The notes beneath the pieces were generated by a model. That model saw nothing but the letters and a program-made list of their open reading frames with translations, searched no databases and had not been told where the DNA came from. 64,000 nt of DNA from Candidatus Omnitrophota bacterium (GTDB lineage Bacteria > Omnitrophota > Gorgyraeia > Zapsychrales > Zapsychraceae): positions 9,670-73,669 of the forward strand of contig JADFYJ010000013.1 in the NCBI GenBank assembly GCA_015233115.1, in the 5' to 3' direction. The position numbers were made by a program, and so were the translations under genes. Positions 9,402 through 19,475 of this stretch are shown here, piece by piece (positions within the stretch are counted from its first letter, which is position 1; each line of letters opens with the position of its first letter).

Positions 9402-10336
9402 AAACTTTGTCCCTCTTTAAAATGAATGAGTTGACGGAATAATTGTGCCGCTTCTGAAATATTATTCATCATGGTTTTCCGCTCTGTCACATGCGACAAA
9501 AAATATTTTAACTGTTCCACAAACATATCGTCCCGCTCAAACGGAAACACGCGGGATTCTTTATGGCCGCGTTGAAAAAAATCAATCCGCGCCGCCATTA
9601 AATCCGCCACCAAAGACTGATCCGGTAAATCAATCCGTATTTTCCTTTCCGGCGAAAAACTCATAAAATCCAAATGCACATTCACTCGAGTTTTTTCTGT
9701 AACCACCACAGCATCACAACAGTCTTCCGCGTCAACCGTTACTTCTGATAGGCGCTTGAGAGAACCATGTATCTGCGCGATTTTTCCAAATAGATATTCA
9801 ATATAATCAAATTCATGCGACAATTCCAAAACCACGCCGCCGCCTTTATCTTTAAACGCTGAATAAGACTGCAAATGATCCTGATTGGGCCGCCAATCTG
9901 GCAGATACGAACTCGCGTTCACGCTGACTTGCAAAATTTTTTTATCTTTCAGATATTCTTTCAAAAATACGATTGCCGGATGAAACCGGAGCACATAGCC
10001 GACATACGATAGAACTTTTTTTGTTTGAATGGTTTGTTCCAACACATCCAAGCCATCCAGCGAAGAACCCAAAGGCTTTTCTAAAAAAACCGGAACACCC
10101 ACATTCACGCACTCTTGAGCGGTTGAAACATGCAAAAACGTTGGGTTCGCAATCAAAGCCGCCTCTGGCAAATTTTGCCGAAACTCATCCCAAGACTGGA
10201 ACATGGGACCAGACCAATCCGTCGGTTCCTGGCCTTTAAAACTGCGAAAAGCCCAGAGTTCATGCCCACCTAACTGACGCAATAAACGCGTATGACGCTG
10301 TCCGATTGAACCTAAACCAAACACACATATCTTCAT
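9398..10336 (-). CDS. Gfo/Idh/MocA oxidoreductase (PtmF/ElaA-like)
   Basis: GLGSIGQRH, EKP, YLPDWRP and GGGVVLELSHEFD motifs. Confidence 0.9.
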   Translation of the reverse strand: MKICVFGLGSIGQRHTRLLRQLGGHELWAFRSFKGQEPTDWSGPMFQSWDEFRQNLPEAALIANPTFLHVSTAQECVNVGVPVFLEKPLGSSLDGLDVLEQTIQTKKVLSYVGYVLRFHPAIVFLKEYLKDKKILQVSVNASSYLPDWRPNQDHLQSYSAFKDKGGGVVLELSHEFDYIEYLFGKIAQIHGSLKRLSEVTVDAEDCCDAVVVTEKTRVNVHLDFMSFSPERKIRIDLPDQSLVADLMAARIDFFQRGHKESRVFPFERDDMFVEQLKYFLSHVTERKTMMNNISEAAQLFRQLIHFKEGQSL

Positions 10337-11394
10337 AACTTATATTCCAGCCGATCAATGGTTTTATGGTATTCTTCCCATTGCCCCACATCCATATACG
10401 ACTTCTCCGAAACAGGATAGACACTAATGTTCTCTCCTTTTTTCAACAATACCGCGATCAAATCCGGCATATCAAACGGTTTGCCTTTAGGGATATATTT
10501 CAAAGCTTTCTTGGATAAAATGTAAACACCTGTATTGACGGTAAAATCAATCTCAGGTTTTTCTTCGATATTTTGAATTTTTCCGTGTTCCTTAAAATGG
10601 ATCACTCCGTAGGGAATTTTATGATGCTGAATAGTTCCGACTACCGTTAATAAATTCTGGTATTTACGGTGAAAACTCAACAAATCCGCGTAATCCGCGT
10701 TGACGATCACATCGCAGTTAGACACAATAAAATTCTCCGCAATATCCGCTGGCAGCATTTTCAAACTTCCGGCTGTTCCTAAAAATTCTTTTTCCCACAA
10801 ATAATGAATTTTATATTTATGGTCGATATAGTCAAAATACACTTTGATCATTTCGCCTTTATAATTCATGGTTAAGAAAAATTCCGGCGCCCCTATAGCC
10901 GTAAACCGGTCAATGATCACTTCAATAATGGGTTTATCATTGACGGGGATCAACGCTTTAGGCAGGATCCGCGTAAACGGCCCCAAACGCTGGCCTTTTC
11001 CTCCGGCCATAATCACGACGGGAACATCAATTTTATTACGGGGAAACGTTGATTCAGACACCAAATCCATCCAGAAAAACACATTCACAATTTTTTTAAA
11101 TTCATCCACCACCGGCAAAGCTTCAATTTTTTCCCGCACCATTAATTCTTTGATAATATCCTGATCCGTACCCTTTAAAACACTCCGGGGTTTAGCATTA
11201 TAAACTTTCTCAATGGTGCCGTGCAAATTCCCCTGTCCCAACAAATAACGGCGGATATCACCGTCAGTCAGAACACCGCATAAAGCGTCATGCTTATCAA
11301 CGACAAATAAAATTTTTTCGCCGCCCTCGTCCATACGCCTTAAAGCTTCACGAACCGTTATTTTTTTGGTAATGATCAGTTGCTGGATATCCAT
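10333..11394 (-). CDS. CBS-domain nucleotidyltransferase (PtmE/LegX-like, GDP-GlcN(Ac) pathway)
   Basis: N-terminal CBS pair (TDGDIRR), MAGGKGQRL..PK and GTAGSL motifs. Confidence 0.9.
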   Translation of the reverse strand: MDIQQLIITKKITVREALRRMDEGGEKILFVVDKHDALCGVLTDGDIRRYLLGQGNLHGTIEKVYNAKPRSVLKGTDQDIIKELMVREKIEALPVVDEFKKIVNVFFWMDLVSESTFPRNKIDVPVVIMAGGKGQRLGPFTRILPKALIPVNDKPIIEVIIDRFTAIGAPEFFLTMNYKGEMIKVYFDYIDHKYKIHYLWEKEFLGTAGSLKMLPADIAENFIVSNCDVIVNADYADLLSFHRKYQNLLTVVGTIQHHKIPYGVIHFKEHGKIQNIEEKPEIDFTVNTGVYILSKKALKYIPKGKPFDMPDLIAVLLKKGENISVYPVSEKSYMDVGQWEEYHKTIDRLEYKL

Positions 11395-12606
11395 TTAGCT
11401 CACCTGTTGACGTAATTGCCATTTTTGATTAACTTGTTTCCACAAATGCGGCGGACGGGCCCGGTCTATTATTTCATAAAATTTCTGCTCTGTGACCCCC
11501 ATGTATTCCAAATTATCCCGGAAATATTGTTTGGGGAATTCACCGTCAAAACGCTTGACCAGCCTGACCCCTTCATCGCGGGTAATATGCCCGTTACGGA
11601 CTTCCTGCGCCGCATCGTAAGTCGCGCGGCCAATGCCGAATTTAATAAAATAAGTATAAAAGTGAAACCAGTCAATTTTGTCGTCAAGACTATTGTATTT
11701 GCTATAACTGCCTTCCGTTCTTTGGTCATTGGGATAAAAATCCGTATTTTCCACTGAATAATAATAGGCCCATTGCGGATCCCATCGTAAATAATAACCT
11801 AAATAATGGACTTCCATTTTTAAACTTTCCGCGGCTTCCGGCGCAATCGGCATATAAGGCTCAATATCCGCACGGGTGAGGCCGTAATCTGTAATAAGCT
11901 TTTTCGCGTTCACACCGCCTAAATAAATTTCTTCCAATCGCTGTTCATAGGTAAAAAATTTCGTACTGCGCGTAGCTTTGTCATTATCTTTAATCGGATT
12001 GCCGTATTCCGCCTCGTTTTCTCCATAAACCACTAAAGGAATTTTATAAAGCGACGCAACTTTCGGCGCCACATTTTTCTGCCCGATGATAAACGGCTGA
12101 AACGGGTGGACTAAATTTTCAAATGCCAATTTCGTGATCAAACGGTGCACTTTCTGGTTCGGCGTATACGTGATATTATCAAAGCCCGCGTTAACCCACG
12201 CCTCAAAATTTCTCCGGCCCGGAATTGTATAAAGGTGCGGCGCCCAGGTTACTAATAAAGGATTCATGTTGTATTTGTAACGCAGGACATGCGCGGCCAC
12301 AATGCTGTCTTTTCCGCCGCTCCCGGGAACTATACAATCATAATTTCCGTCCGGACTGCGGAATCGCGCCAGCATTTTATGCAATTCTTCTTCGCGTTCC
12401 TGCCAATTGATTGATTTTTTATTTTCCGCGTAACGGCAAGCCTCACACACTCCTTCATTATCAAAACCAATGGTGCGTTTTTTACTGCTTTCCGTATTCT
12501 TAAACTCAACCACTGAAGAAGGCCGTTGATTAGAAATGACACATTTTTTACAATATTTAACATCAACAGGCAATCCATACATGCCGAATTCCGCTTTTTG
12601 TTCCAT
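11395..12606 (-). CDS. N-acetyl sugar amidotransferase (PtmG/PseA/WbuX family)
   Basis: CKKC..C.AC zinc motif, SGGKDS PP-loop, KFGIGRAT. Adjacent to HisH/HisF paralogs. Confidence 0.9.
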   Translation of the reverse strand: MEQKAEFGMYGLPVDVKYCKKCVISNQRPSSVVEFKNTESSKKRTIGFDNEGVCEACRYAENKKSINWQEREEELHKMLARFRSPDGNYDCIVPGSGGKDSIVAAHVLRYKYNMNPLLVTWAPHLYTIPGRRNFEAWVNAGFDNITYTPNQKVHRLITKLAFENLVHPFQPFIIGQKNVAPKVASLYKIPLVVYGENEAEYGNPIKDNDKATRSTKFFTYEQRLEEIYLGGVNAKKLITDYGLTRADIEPYMPIAPEAAESLKMEVHYLGYYLRWDPQWAYYYSVENTDFYPNDQRTEGSYSKYNSLDDKIDWFHFYTYFIKFGIGRATYDAAQEVRNGHITRDEGVRLVKRFDGEFPKQYFRDNLEYMGVTEQKFYEIIDRARPPHLWKQVNQKWQLRQQVS

Positions 12607-12616
12607 AACTGTCCCT

Positions 12617-13222
12617 TTATATGCTTAAAAAATTATCAATAATTTTTAATCCATGCGTCCGGCTTTTTTCCGGGTGAAACTGCACGCCAAAAACCTGATC
12701 CCGCTCAACCACAGATACAAAACTATGATCTATGTAATTTGATAACCCTGCCACATCTTTATAATTAATAAACTCATAAGAATGCATAAAATAAAAAACA
12801 TCTTCAGCGGTCACTCCTTTTAAAATTTTAGATGGACGGATCACCTCCACATTCGCCCAGCCAATATGCGGGACCGGATGCTTGACCGGCATAAGCCTGA
12901 CTGCGCCTTCAAAATATTTCAATCCCGGGGTTTCGCCAAATTCATAACCAATCTCGGATAGAATCTGCATTCCCAAACAAATGCCTAACGTAGGTACTTT
13001 TAAAATTTTATCACGCAATTCCTGGTAAAACGGGGCAATGGATTCCATGGCGCCTTTGTATGTTCCTACGCCGGGAATAACAATTTTATCAACAGATTTC
13101 AAATCCTGACCGGATTTGACTACCACGATTTTGACCTCTTTTTTCGCCAGCTCAAACACTTTGCGGATATTAAAGATGTTTCCGGCTTGTCCGTAATCTA
13201 TCACTCCAATCACTTGGCTCAT
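12617..13222 (-). CDS. hisH: Glutamine amidotransferase subunit, HisH-like (glycan-associated)
   Basis: PGVG, GICLGMQ and QFHPEKS catalytic triad. Confidence 0.85.
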   Translation of the reverse strand: MSQVIGVIDYGQAGNIFNIRKVFELAKKEVKIVVVKSGQDLKSVDKIVIPGVGTYKGAMESIAPFYQELRDKILKVPTLGICLGMQILSEIGYEFGETPGLKYFEGAVRLMPVKHPVPHIGWANVEVIRPSKILKGVTAEDVFYFMHSYEFINYKDVAGLSNYIDHSFVSVVERDQVFGVQFHPEKSRTHGLKIIDNFLSI

Positions 13223-13974
13223 AACGTCACCTCGATTTCCTGACTTAACAAATACTCTTTGATTTCGCGAATCGTGATGCGGTCATAGTGCAGCATGGAC
13301 GCGATACAAACCGCATTGACATTGCCATCTTTAATAACATCCCGGATGTGTTCCAATTGGCCGGCTCCGCCTGCGGCCACCACAGGCACTGACGCGATAG
13401 TAGAAATACCCGCCATGAGTTCCACATCAAAACCTTTTTGTCGTCCTTCAGTATCCACAGACGTTACTAATAATTCTCCAGCGCCTAAATCCTGGACTTC
13501 TTTCACCCAATCCATAACATCTTTCCCTGAAGGGATGCGGCCATAATCCGTGTAACATTCCCAACCGTCGCCTTTACGTTTGGCTTCAATAGAAACGGTC
13601 ACGCATTGGCTTCCAAAAATATGCGCGCAATCCCGGATCAACTGCGGGTTAGCAATAGCCGCGGTATTTATAACCACTTTATCTGCCCCGCAATGCAGTA
13701 ACCGAGCCACATCATCCGTCGTGCGAATTCCTCCGCCCACGCAAAAAGGCGCGACAATGCTTTTGGCCGTCTGCTCAATATACTCAAACAAAATCTCTCT
13801 TTGGTATAAACTGGCTACCGCGTCAATATAAAAAATTTCATCCGCGCCCTGCCAATAATACTTCTCAGCCAGAGCTTCAGGCTGACCCATTTTCCGCAGT
13901 CCTTCGAAATGAACTCCTTTGATCACATAGGGAGGTTTCACATCCAGGCGAGCGATCACACGTATTTTAGACAT
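13219..13974 (-). CDS. hisF: HisF-like cyclase subunit (glycan-associated)
   Basis: IARLDVK, KGVHFEGLR and VGGGIR motifs. Confidence 0.85.
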   Translation of the reverse strand: MSKIRVIARLDVKPPYVIKGVHFEGLRKMGQPEALAEKYYWQGADEIFYIDAVASLYQREILFEYIEQTAKSIVAPFCVGGGIRTTDDVARLLHCGADKVVINTAAIANPQLIRDCAHIFGSQCVTVSIEAKRKGDGWECYTDYGRIPSGKDVMDWVKEVQDLGAGELLVTSVDTEGRQKGFDVELMAGISTIASVPVVAAGGAGQLEHIRDVIKDGNVNAVCIASMLHYDRITIREIKEYLLSQEIEVTL

Positions 13975-15148
13975 TCACTAACTCCTTGTTCAAATCATAG
14001 AATTCTTTTTTTAAAATTCCTTCTAAAGAAATTTTTTTTAATATTTTAACAATTTTAACAGCAGTCCCGCCTTTGCCATAAATATTCTTCACCAATTTTA
14101 ACTGACTCTGAAATGACGGAGAATACAAACGCTGTAAAGCCTTTTGGATCGATACGGTTTGCGGGCCGCAATCAATGATACTAGATGAACGCAGACGTCC
14201 AGCCTGACGGTCACCGATATTGACTGTCCCAATCTTGAAACTCGGCGCTTCCACAATTCCGCTCGAAGAATTTCCCACCACCCCATCCACATATTGCATC
14301 ATGGACAAATAATTCAACTGACCCAATGAAGTAAAAACTCTGGTATGACCTGGATGCCCCTCAACATACTTTTCAATGAGTTGGTTAATAACTTGACCAT
14401 CTGTATCCGCGTTAGCTTTGGTAAAAAACACCATGGTCTCTTTTAGTCCATTCAAAGCCTGCAAAAGGTTCTGGCATTGTTCAGGGGCCGTATTATTTTC
14501 CAGAGTCACCGGATGAAACGTCACCAGCAAATTATGTGGTGCAAATTTTAATTTCAAATTTCTCTCTAATTCATCCTTGGACAACAATTTCAATAATTTC
14601 AAATTATCTAAACCCAAAGCCCCCACATTAAAAACACGTTGAGGATTTTCTCCTAATTGAATAATTCTCCGCCGATAAACATCCGTGGCCGCGAAATGCA
14701 CGCTCGCCATCTTGGTGATGGAATGACGGATTGGTTCATCAATCAGTCCAAACGTTGATTCTCCGCCGGAAATATGCGCGATAGGGATCCGGCTGACCAT
14801 CGCGGCTGTAGCCGCTGCCAAAGCTTCAAATCTGTCGCCTAAAATAACCAACATATCCGGATTCAATTTTTTCAAAGCTTGCGCGTATCCTTCCACCCCT
14901 CTGGCCATTGAGCGGCAAATGCCCACCGGAGAATCATCTCCCAAATGGAGGTCAACTTTCGCGTCAATCGAAAATCCATCTTGAACAATCTGCTGATACG
15001 TCATTCCAAATTTCTTGGATAAATGCGTGCCTGAGACCAATAACTGTAAATCAAAAGCAGAATCTTTGCTTAATTCCTTAAGAAGAGGGAATAGCAAACC
15101 ATATTCCGCCCGCGTCGCGGTAAACACGCAGATTGTCCGCTTTCTCAT
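13967..15148 (-). CDS. neuC: Hydrolysing NDP-sugar 2-epimerase (NeuC/LegG)
   Basis: TRAEYG, LGDRFE, HISGGE and GNSSSG motifs. Confidence 0.9.
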   Translation of the reverse strand: MRKRTICVFTATRAEYGLLFPLLKELSKDSAFDLQLLVSGTHLSKKFGMTYQQIVQDGFSIDAKVDLHLGDDSPVGICRSMARGVEGYAQALKKLNPDMLVILGDRFEALAAATAAMVSRIPIAHISGGESTFGLIDEPIRHSITKMASVHFAATDVYRRRIIQLGENPQRVFNVGALGLDNLKLLKLLSKDELERNLKLKFAPHNLLVTFHPVTLENNTAPEQCQNLLQALNGLKETMVFFTKANADTDGQVINQLIEKYVEGHPGHTRVFTSLGQLNYLSMMQYVDGVVGNSSSGIVEAPSFKIGTVNIGDRQAGRLRSSSIIDCGPQTVSIQKALQRLYSPSFQSQLKLVKNIYGKGGTAVKIVKILKKISLEGILKKEFYDLNKELVNV

Positions 15149-15864
15149 AATTTATCCTTTTTGCGGATTTCCAAAATAGTGGCGTCATAAATTAACCCCA
15201 TCCCATTGATAAATTTACGGCCTTCCGGAGTTATCATAGTCCAGCTGCGGATCGGATCTTCCTGCGGAACCAGATCAAAAGGCAAATGGAATTTATCGAT
15301 GTGAGAAATTTTCATATTCATCTCATCCAATACTTTTTTAACCGTCTCCAATGAATGATTATTATACCCATATTCAAAATTTTGATTATATTTATTGTTG
15401 CGGTATATGGTCCGCACATCCACATCAAACGTGTTAAATAATCCTAAAATAAAAATGACACCGTTATTTTCTAAATGATTCCGTAAATTTAAAAGCGGCT
15501 GATGGATATCATCAAAAAAAGATAAAACACCGGACATGGTGATCACATCAAATTTCTGGTTGAGCTGAAAATTCTCCGCTTTCCCGCATTGAAAGGCCAC
15601 CCCTTTTAATCCGGCGAATCGTTGCGCTGAATCAATCAATCCCTGACTATAATCAACTCCGGCTATATGTTTTATCTTTAATCCGGATAAATGTTTCAAA
15701 TAATATAAAAACTCCCCCCGGGCACAACCCACATCCAAGACTGAAAATTCATGGTTTGGGTATACCCCGCGGATTTTTTCACCCATGCATTTAAACATTT
15801 CTTTAGGTTTTGAATAATAATCTTCATTCAAATAGATGTATTGACTTTGATAATTGTCCGCCAT
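15145..15864 (-). CDS. Class I SAM-dependent methyltransferase
   Basis: VLDVGCARGE and FDVI motifs. Confidence 0.85.
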   Translation of the reverse strand: MADNYQSQYIYLNEDYYSKPKEMFKCMGEKIRGVYPNHEFSVLDVGCARGEFLYYLKHLSGLKIKHIAGVDYSQGLIDSAQRFAGLKGVAFQCGKAENFQLNQKFDVITMSGVLSFFDDIHQPLLNLRNHLENNGVIFILGLFNTFDVDVRTIYRNNKYNQNFEYGYNNHSLETVKKVLDEMNMKISHIDKFHLPFDLVPQEDPIRSWTMITPEGRKFINGMGLIYDATILEIRKKDKL

Positions 15865-15866
15865 GT

Positions 15867-16541
15867 CTACCGCCAGATTTGTTTAATCATCATAAAAGAT
15901 TCTGCTGCCTTGCATCCTGCTGTCGCTCCTCTGAACGTGGCGAGCGCGCGAATATTTTCTTCACTGCGGGGAAATGGACTCTCTCCGATTTCTCCTGAAT
16001 ATATCTTCATAATTCTGACCTTATCCTCAATAAAACCATCCATATTGACAAAATAATTCGGCACAAAAGTCTTTCCTTCATGCGCCGGAGCAAACTCTGT
16101 TTCGCTGAGAGTTTCCATCATATACAGCGTCTTTATAAACGGATAGCGAAATATTTTAGTACAACTATAGATCTGGTCAAACGCCATGCGATGATCGCTA
16201 TGCACATCATACATAAAAGGCAAATAAATAATTTCCGGTTTAATCTGCTGAAAAACTTCTTGCACCTTTTCAATGAACAGATGCGGCGAAACAGTATCTA
16301 ACTTACGGGTAGGAAAATTCAGTTGAAAGGTTTGAGACATGCCAAACTCTGAGGCAACCTGTTCAATTTCTTTGTTCCGCGCCGCGATTTGCTCGGCCTT
16401 ATACCCTTCCTCTTGGCGCATAGCCGTCACAATCAGCCAATACACCTGATCGCCAGCTTGGCGGTGTTTTAATATGGTTCCTCCGCACCCTAAGGTTTCA
16501 TCATCCGGATGAACCGCGACGACTAAAACATTCTGACTCAT
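15867..16541 (-). CDS. PIG-L/LmbE-family N-deacetylase
   Basis: HPDDETLG and DVHSDH motifs. Confidence 0.9.
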   Translation of the reverse strand: MSQNVLVVAVHPDDETLGCGGTILKHRQAGDQVYWLIVTAMRQEEGYKAEQIAARNKEIEQVASEFGMSQTFQLNFPTRKLDTVSPHLFIEKVQEVFQQIKPEIIYLPFMYDVHSDHRMAFDQIYSCTKIFRYPFIKTLYMMETLSETEFAPAHEGKTFVPNYFVNMDGFIEDKVRIMKIYSGEIGESPFPRSEENIRALATFRGATAGCKAAESFMMIKQIWR

Positions 16542-17419
16542 AAATAATCCCCTTTTTTTGGAAGGATTTTAAATTCATGCTCAACCAAACATATAGCGCC
16601 TTCACAACAACGCACGGTGATCTGCCCATTATCGACATTCAATATTTTCCCGAATTCATCATTTCCTGAACCCATTTCAATTTCCCGGACCCGCCAAATT
16701 TTAATTTCTTGCCCCTGATATAACAAATGCGCTCCCACGTAAGGCTTGGTTAAGGCTCGGACTAAATTATAAATCGCTCGGCTGTTCATGCAGAAATGAA
16801 TCTGTCCATCCCAGGCTGCGCGCTTACGCCAAACATTGGTTTGGTCCCGGTCTTGTTTTATTCGAGGACAGTTCCCCTGCTTTATAAGTGGAATAAACTG
16901 TTCCATCTGGCTGATCGCGGTTTGAGTGACCTTATCATACAAGGTCCTCGCGTCATCTTCATAACAAATCGGAATCTTAACTTGATTAATGATATCTCCG
17001 GTATCCGCGCCCTCATCCATAAAAAAGAACGTCGAGCCAGTTTCTTTCAAACCCAAGGCCAAAGCCCATATCAGGGGATGACGTCCCCGGTTTTGCGGAA
17101 GCAAAGCCGGATGAAATCCTATAACACCCTGCGGAGCTATTGACAAAAATGTTTTTTTTAACATCTGCGAATTCCCCAAACTCATCACGATATCTGGACT
17201 CAAGGATCTCATCCAATCCAACGCGGCCGCATCATTAAAATTCTCAGTTACCAAACAAGGGATATTCTGTTCCCGGCAAAATACCGTTAAATCACAAAAA
17301 TCCGCGTTAAAAGCAGACGATGGGCAAGTGACCACGCCCACCACCTCGGCTTTTAAAGCTACCAATTTGGCCAAAGCCTTTAAACTAAACTCCACATATC
17401 CGGCAAAAATAATCCTCAC
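16538..17419 (-). CDS. Sugar N-formyltransferase (Fmt-like)
   Basis: GFHPALLP.NRGRHP and DEGADTGDI motifs. Confidence 0.9.
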   Translation of the reverse strand: MRIIFAGYVEFSLKALAKLVALKAEVVGVVTCPSSAFNADFCDLTVFCREQNIPCLVTENFNDAAALDWMRSLSPDIVMSLGNSQMLKKTFLSIAPQGVIGFHPALLPQNRGRHPLIWALALGLKETGSTFFFMDEGADTGDIINQVKIPICYEDDARTLYDKVTQTAISQMEQFIPLIKQGNCPRIKQDRDQTNVWRKRAAWDGQIHFCMNSRAIYNLVRALTKPYVGAHLLYQGQEIKIWRVREIEMGSGNDEFGKILNVDNGQITVRCCEGAICLVEHEFKILPKKGDYL

Positions 17420-18441
17420 GATTTGATCACCTCATCCGCTTTAAAATCCTGCTGTGCTTTCCGTCCCATAATACGATCCCATAACATCGGATTTAATCCT
17501 GTACCAGGGCGTTTAACAGTTAAATTCTCCGGAGAAAAAATTTCACCTTTACGGATATTCACCCGGGCCACAATACTTTTCCGGATAATTAATTTATTCT
17601 TTTCTTCCGTTAAAGAGGGCTTTTTAACTCCATTCCCCATCGCTTCTTCCACATGCCGGATCGCCTTCACTAATTGTTGTAATTCCTGCGGATTCAAAGA
17701 CGCTTGATGATCCGGGCCATCCATAGTTTTGTCCAGGGTAAAATGTTTTTCGATCACTTGTGCCCCTAAAGCCACAGCCGCTAAAGCCACTTCGATACCT
17801 TCCGTATGATCTGAATATCCAACTTTCACGCCTAAGGATTGACCGATCGTAACCATAGCGCGTAAATTCACATCTTTAAATACAGCCGGGTATTCCGTAC
17901 AACAATGCAGTACGGTAATATTTTTCTTCACTGTTCCGGCTTGGACTAAAATTTCAACAGCCGTTTTGATTTCTTTTAAAACTGCCATACCTGTCGATAT
18001 AATAATCTTTTTCTTTAGCTTTCCCATTTTCCGCAAATACGGCAGATTGGTAATTTCTCCTGACGGAATTTTAAGAATTTTTAATTTCAAACGATTTAAT
18101 AAATCAATACTGGGCAAATCAAAAGGCGATGAAATAAACTCAACTCCTTTGTTCTGTGCATAACGCAAAAGGTCCTCATGCTGTTGTTCATTCAATTGAA
18201 ACCTACGCACCATATCCAAAAAACTTTCTTGCTGATCCGTATGACGCAATTGGTAGGACGCTTTAGGAGTGGACTGACACATCACTTCTTCCGGCCTAAA
18301 GGTCTGAAATTTCACAGCATCAACACCGGCGATAGCCGCCTGATCAATCAGGTTTTTCGCCAATTCGATCTGACCATTATGATTAACACCGATCTCAGCG
18401 ATAATAAACACCCGTTTATCATTCAATTTATGCTTTAGCAT
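17416..18441 (-). CDS. neuB: Nonulosonic acid synthase (LegI/NeuB)
   Basis: IIAEIGVNHNG, KFQTF, GYSDHT and IEKHFTLD motifs, C-terminal SAF domain. Confidence 0.92.
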   Translation of the reverse strand: MLKHKLNDKRVFIIAEIGVNHNGQIELAKNLIDQAAIAGVDAVKFQTFRPEEVMCQSTPKASYQLRHTDQQESFLDMVRRFQLNEQQHEDLLRYAQNKGVEFISSPFDLPSIDLLNRLKLKILKIPSGEITNLPYLRKMGKLKKKIIISTGMAVLKEIKTAVEILVQAGTVKKNITVLHCCTEYPAVFKDVNLRAMVTIGQSLGVKVGYSDHTEGIEVALAAVALGAQVIEKHFTLDKTMDGPDHQASLNPQELQQLVKAIRHVEEAMGNGVKKPSLTEEKNKLIIRKSIVARVNIRKGEIFSPENLTVKRPGTGLNPMLWDRIMGRKAQQDFKADEVIKS

Positions 18442-19318
18442 TTTCAATCACTTTCAATTTGTCTAATTTAAACGGAATATTCTTGATATTCCATTCTTTC
18501 TTCAATTTCGCGGAAACGATTTTTTGCTGACAACGCAGTCCGTCTTTGCGTAAAACCAATTTCGTAGCCTTATTCCCGTACTGCTTAACCATGTAACCCG
18601 CTATTTCCCCCAAAGTATACTGTTCATCGCTTCCCAAATTAAAAATACCTGAAACCGGCTGTTTTAAAATTTTCTTCAACACGGCGACGACTTCATCCGT
18701 AAAGATAAAATTAATCACTCTGTGTCCGTTACCGAATACCGTAATCTGATTGCCGTCACGCAATTCTTTGAAAAAAACCGGCAAAATGCGGTCAGGCCGC
18801 ATGCCCTTGCCAATAATTTGCGCGAGCCTAAGTTGAGTCACAGTCATTTTGTCACTCAGCATACGTTCAAATAAAACTTCCGCGTTAAATTTTGCTAACC
18901 CATAAAACACGTCATTGTTCTCAACCATATCAACCGCACTCGACTCAGTATAAAAACCATCTTTATTCGGATAAACCGCGACACTGGAAAAATTAATAAA
19001 AAATTGAGGTTTGATCAATTCTGCCAGACGTGCCGTATTCACCGCGACTTGTAAATTATTTTTTAAAAGGTTACTATCTTTTTTTGCCATAGGATCGGCC
19101 ATAGCCGCCGCTAAATGAATGATCCCGTCAATTTTCCCCGCCTTATATTTCCGGCCAAATGCTTCGATTTGTTTATCATCCAGCAAATTCAAATACAAAA
19201 TTTCCGCGGAAACCAACGTTTTGTCATCTGTCAAACCCAAAATGTGATGATGTTCTTTAAGGCTGGCTTGAAGATGCTGTCCAATAAATCCAGTGGCTCC
19301 GGTTATAATTACATTCAT
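18428..19318 (-). CDS. NAD-dependent epimerase/dehydratase
   Basis: TGATGFIG and YGLAK motifs. Start reassigned to MNVII because the longer track ORF runs through a REP doublet. Confidence 0.85.
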   Translation of the reverse strand: MNVIITGATGFIGQHLQASLKEHHHILGLTDDKTLVSAEILYLNLLDDKQIEAFGRKYKAGKIDGIIHLAAAMADPMAKKDSNLLKNNLQVAVNTARLAELIKPQFFINFSSVAVYPNKDGFYTESSAVDMVENNDVFYGLAKFNAEVLFERMLSDKMTVTQLRLAQIIGKGMRPDRILPVFFKELRDGNQITVFGNGHRVINFIFTDEVVAVLKKILKQPVSGIFNLGSDEQYTLGEIAGYMVKQYGNKATKLVLRKDGLRCQQKIVSAKLKKEWNIKNIPFKLDKLKVIENAKA

Positions 19319-19352
19319 ATTTCTTATCCTAATATATTTTACATTTTTTGTA

Positions 19353-19467
19353 GTAGGGGCGATCTCCCGATCGCCCGTATCCATTCGCTTTTCAATTAAC
19401 AATATGCTTTTAAGAATCATTAAAAAAACGATAATTTTGTAACGGGCGATCAGGAGATCGCCCCTAC
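19353..19467. repeat. GTAG-family REP doublet (REPIN-like)
   Basis: GTAGGGGCGATCTCCCGATCGCCCGT and its inverted copy ACGGGCGATCAGGAGATCGCCCCTAC flank an AT-rich spacer. Confidence 0.9.
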
Positions 19468-19475
19468 AACACATA

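Noticed and set aside
12617-13974. hisH/hisF as histidine biosynthesis genes
   Set aside because: No other his genes are present. They are adjacent to an N-acetyl sugar amidotransferase, the known ammonia-supplying arrangement in glycan loci.
15862-15874. ops/JUMPstart-like GGCGGTAG on the minus strand
   Set aside because: It is the Trp-Arg-stop end of a CDS deep inside the operon, and the downstream TG is misplaced. Likely chance.
19319-19474. N-terminal extensions given by the ORF track (also 2125-2190, 49770-49814, 50652-50711, 53414-53452)
   Set aside because: They run through repeats, terminators or palindromes. Downstream ATGs match the family N-termini better.
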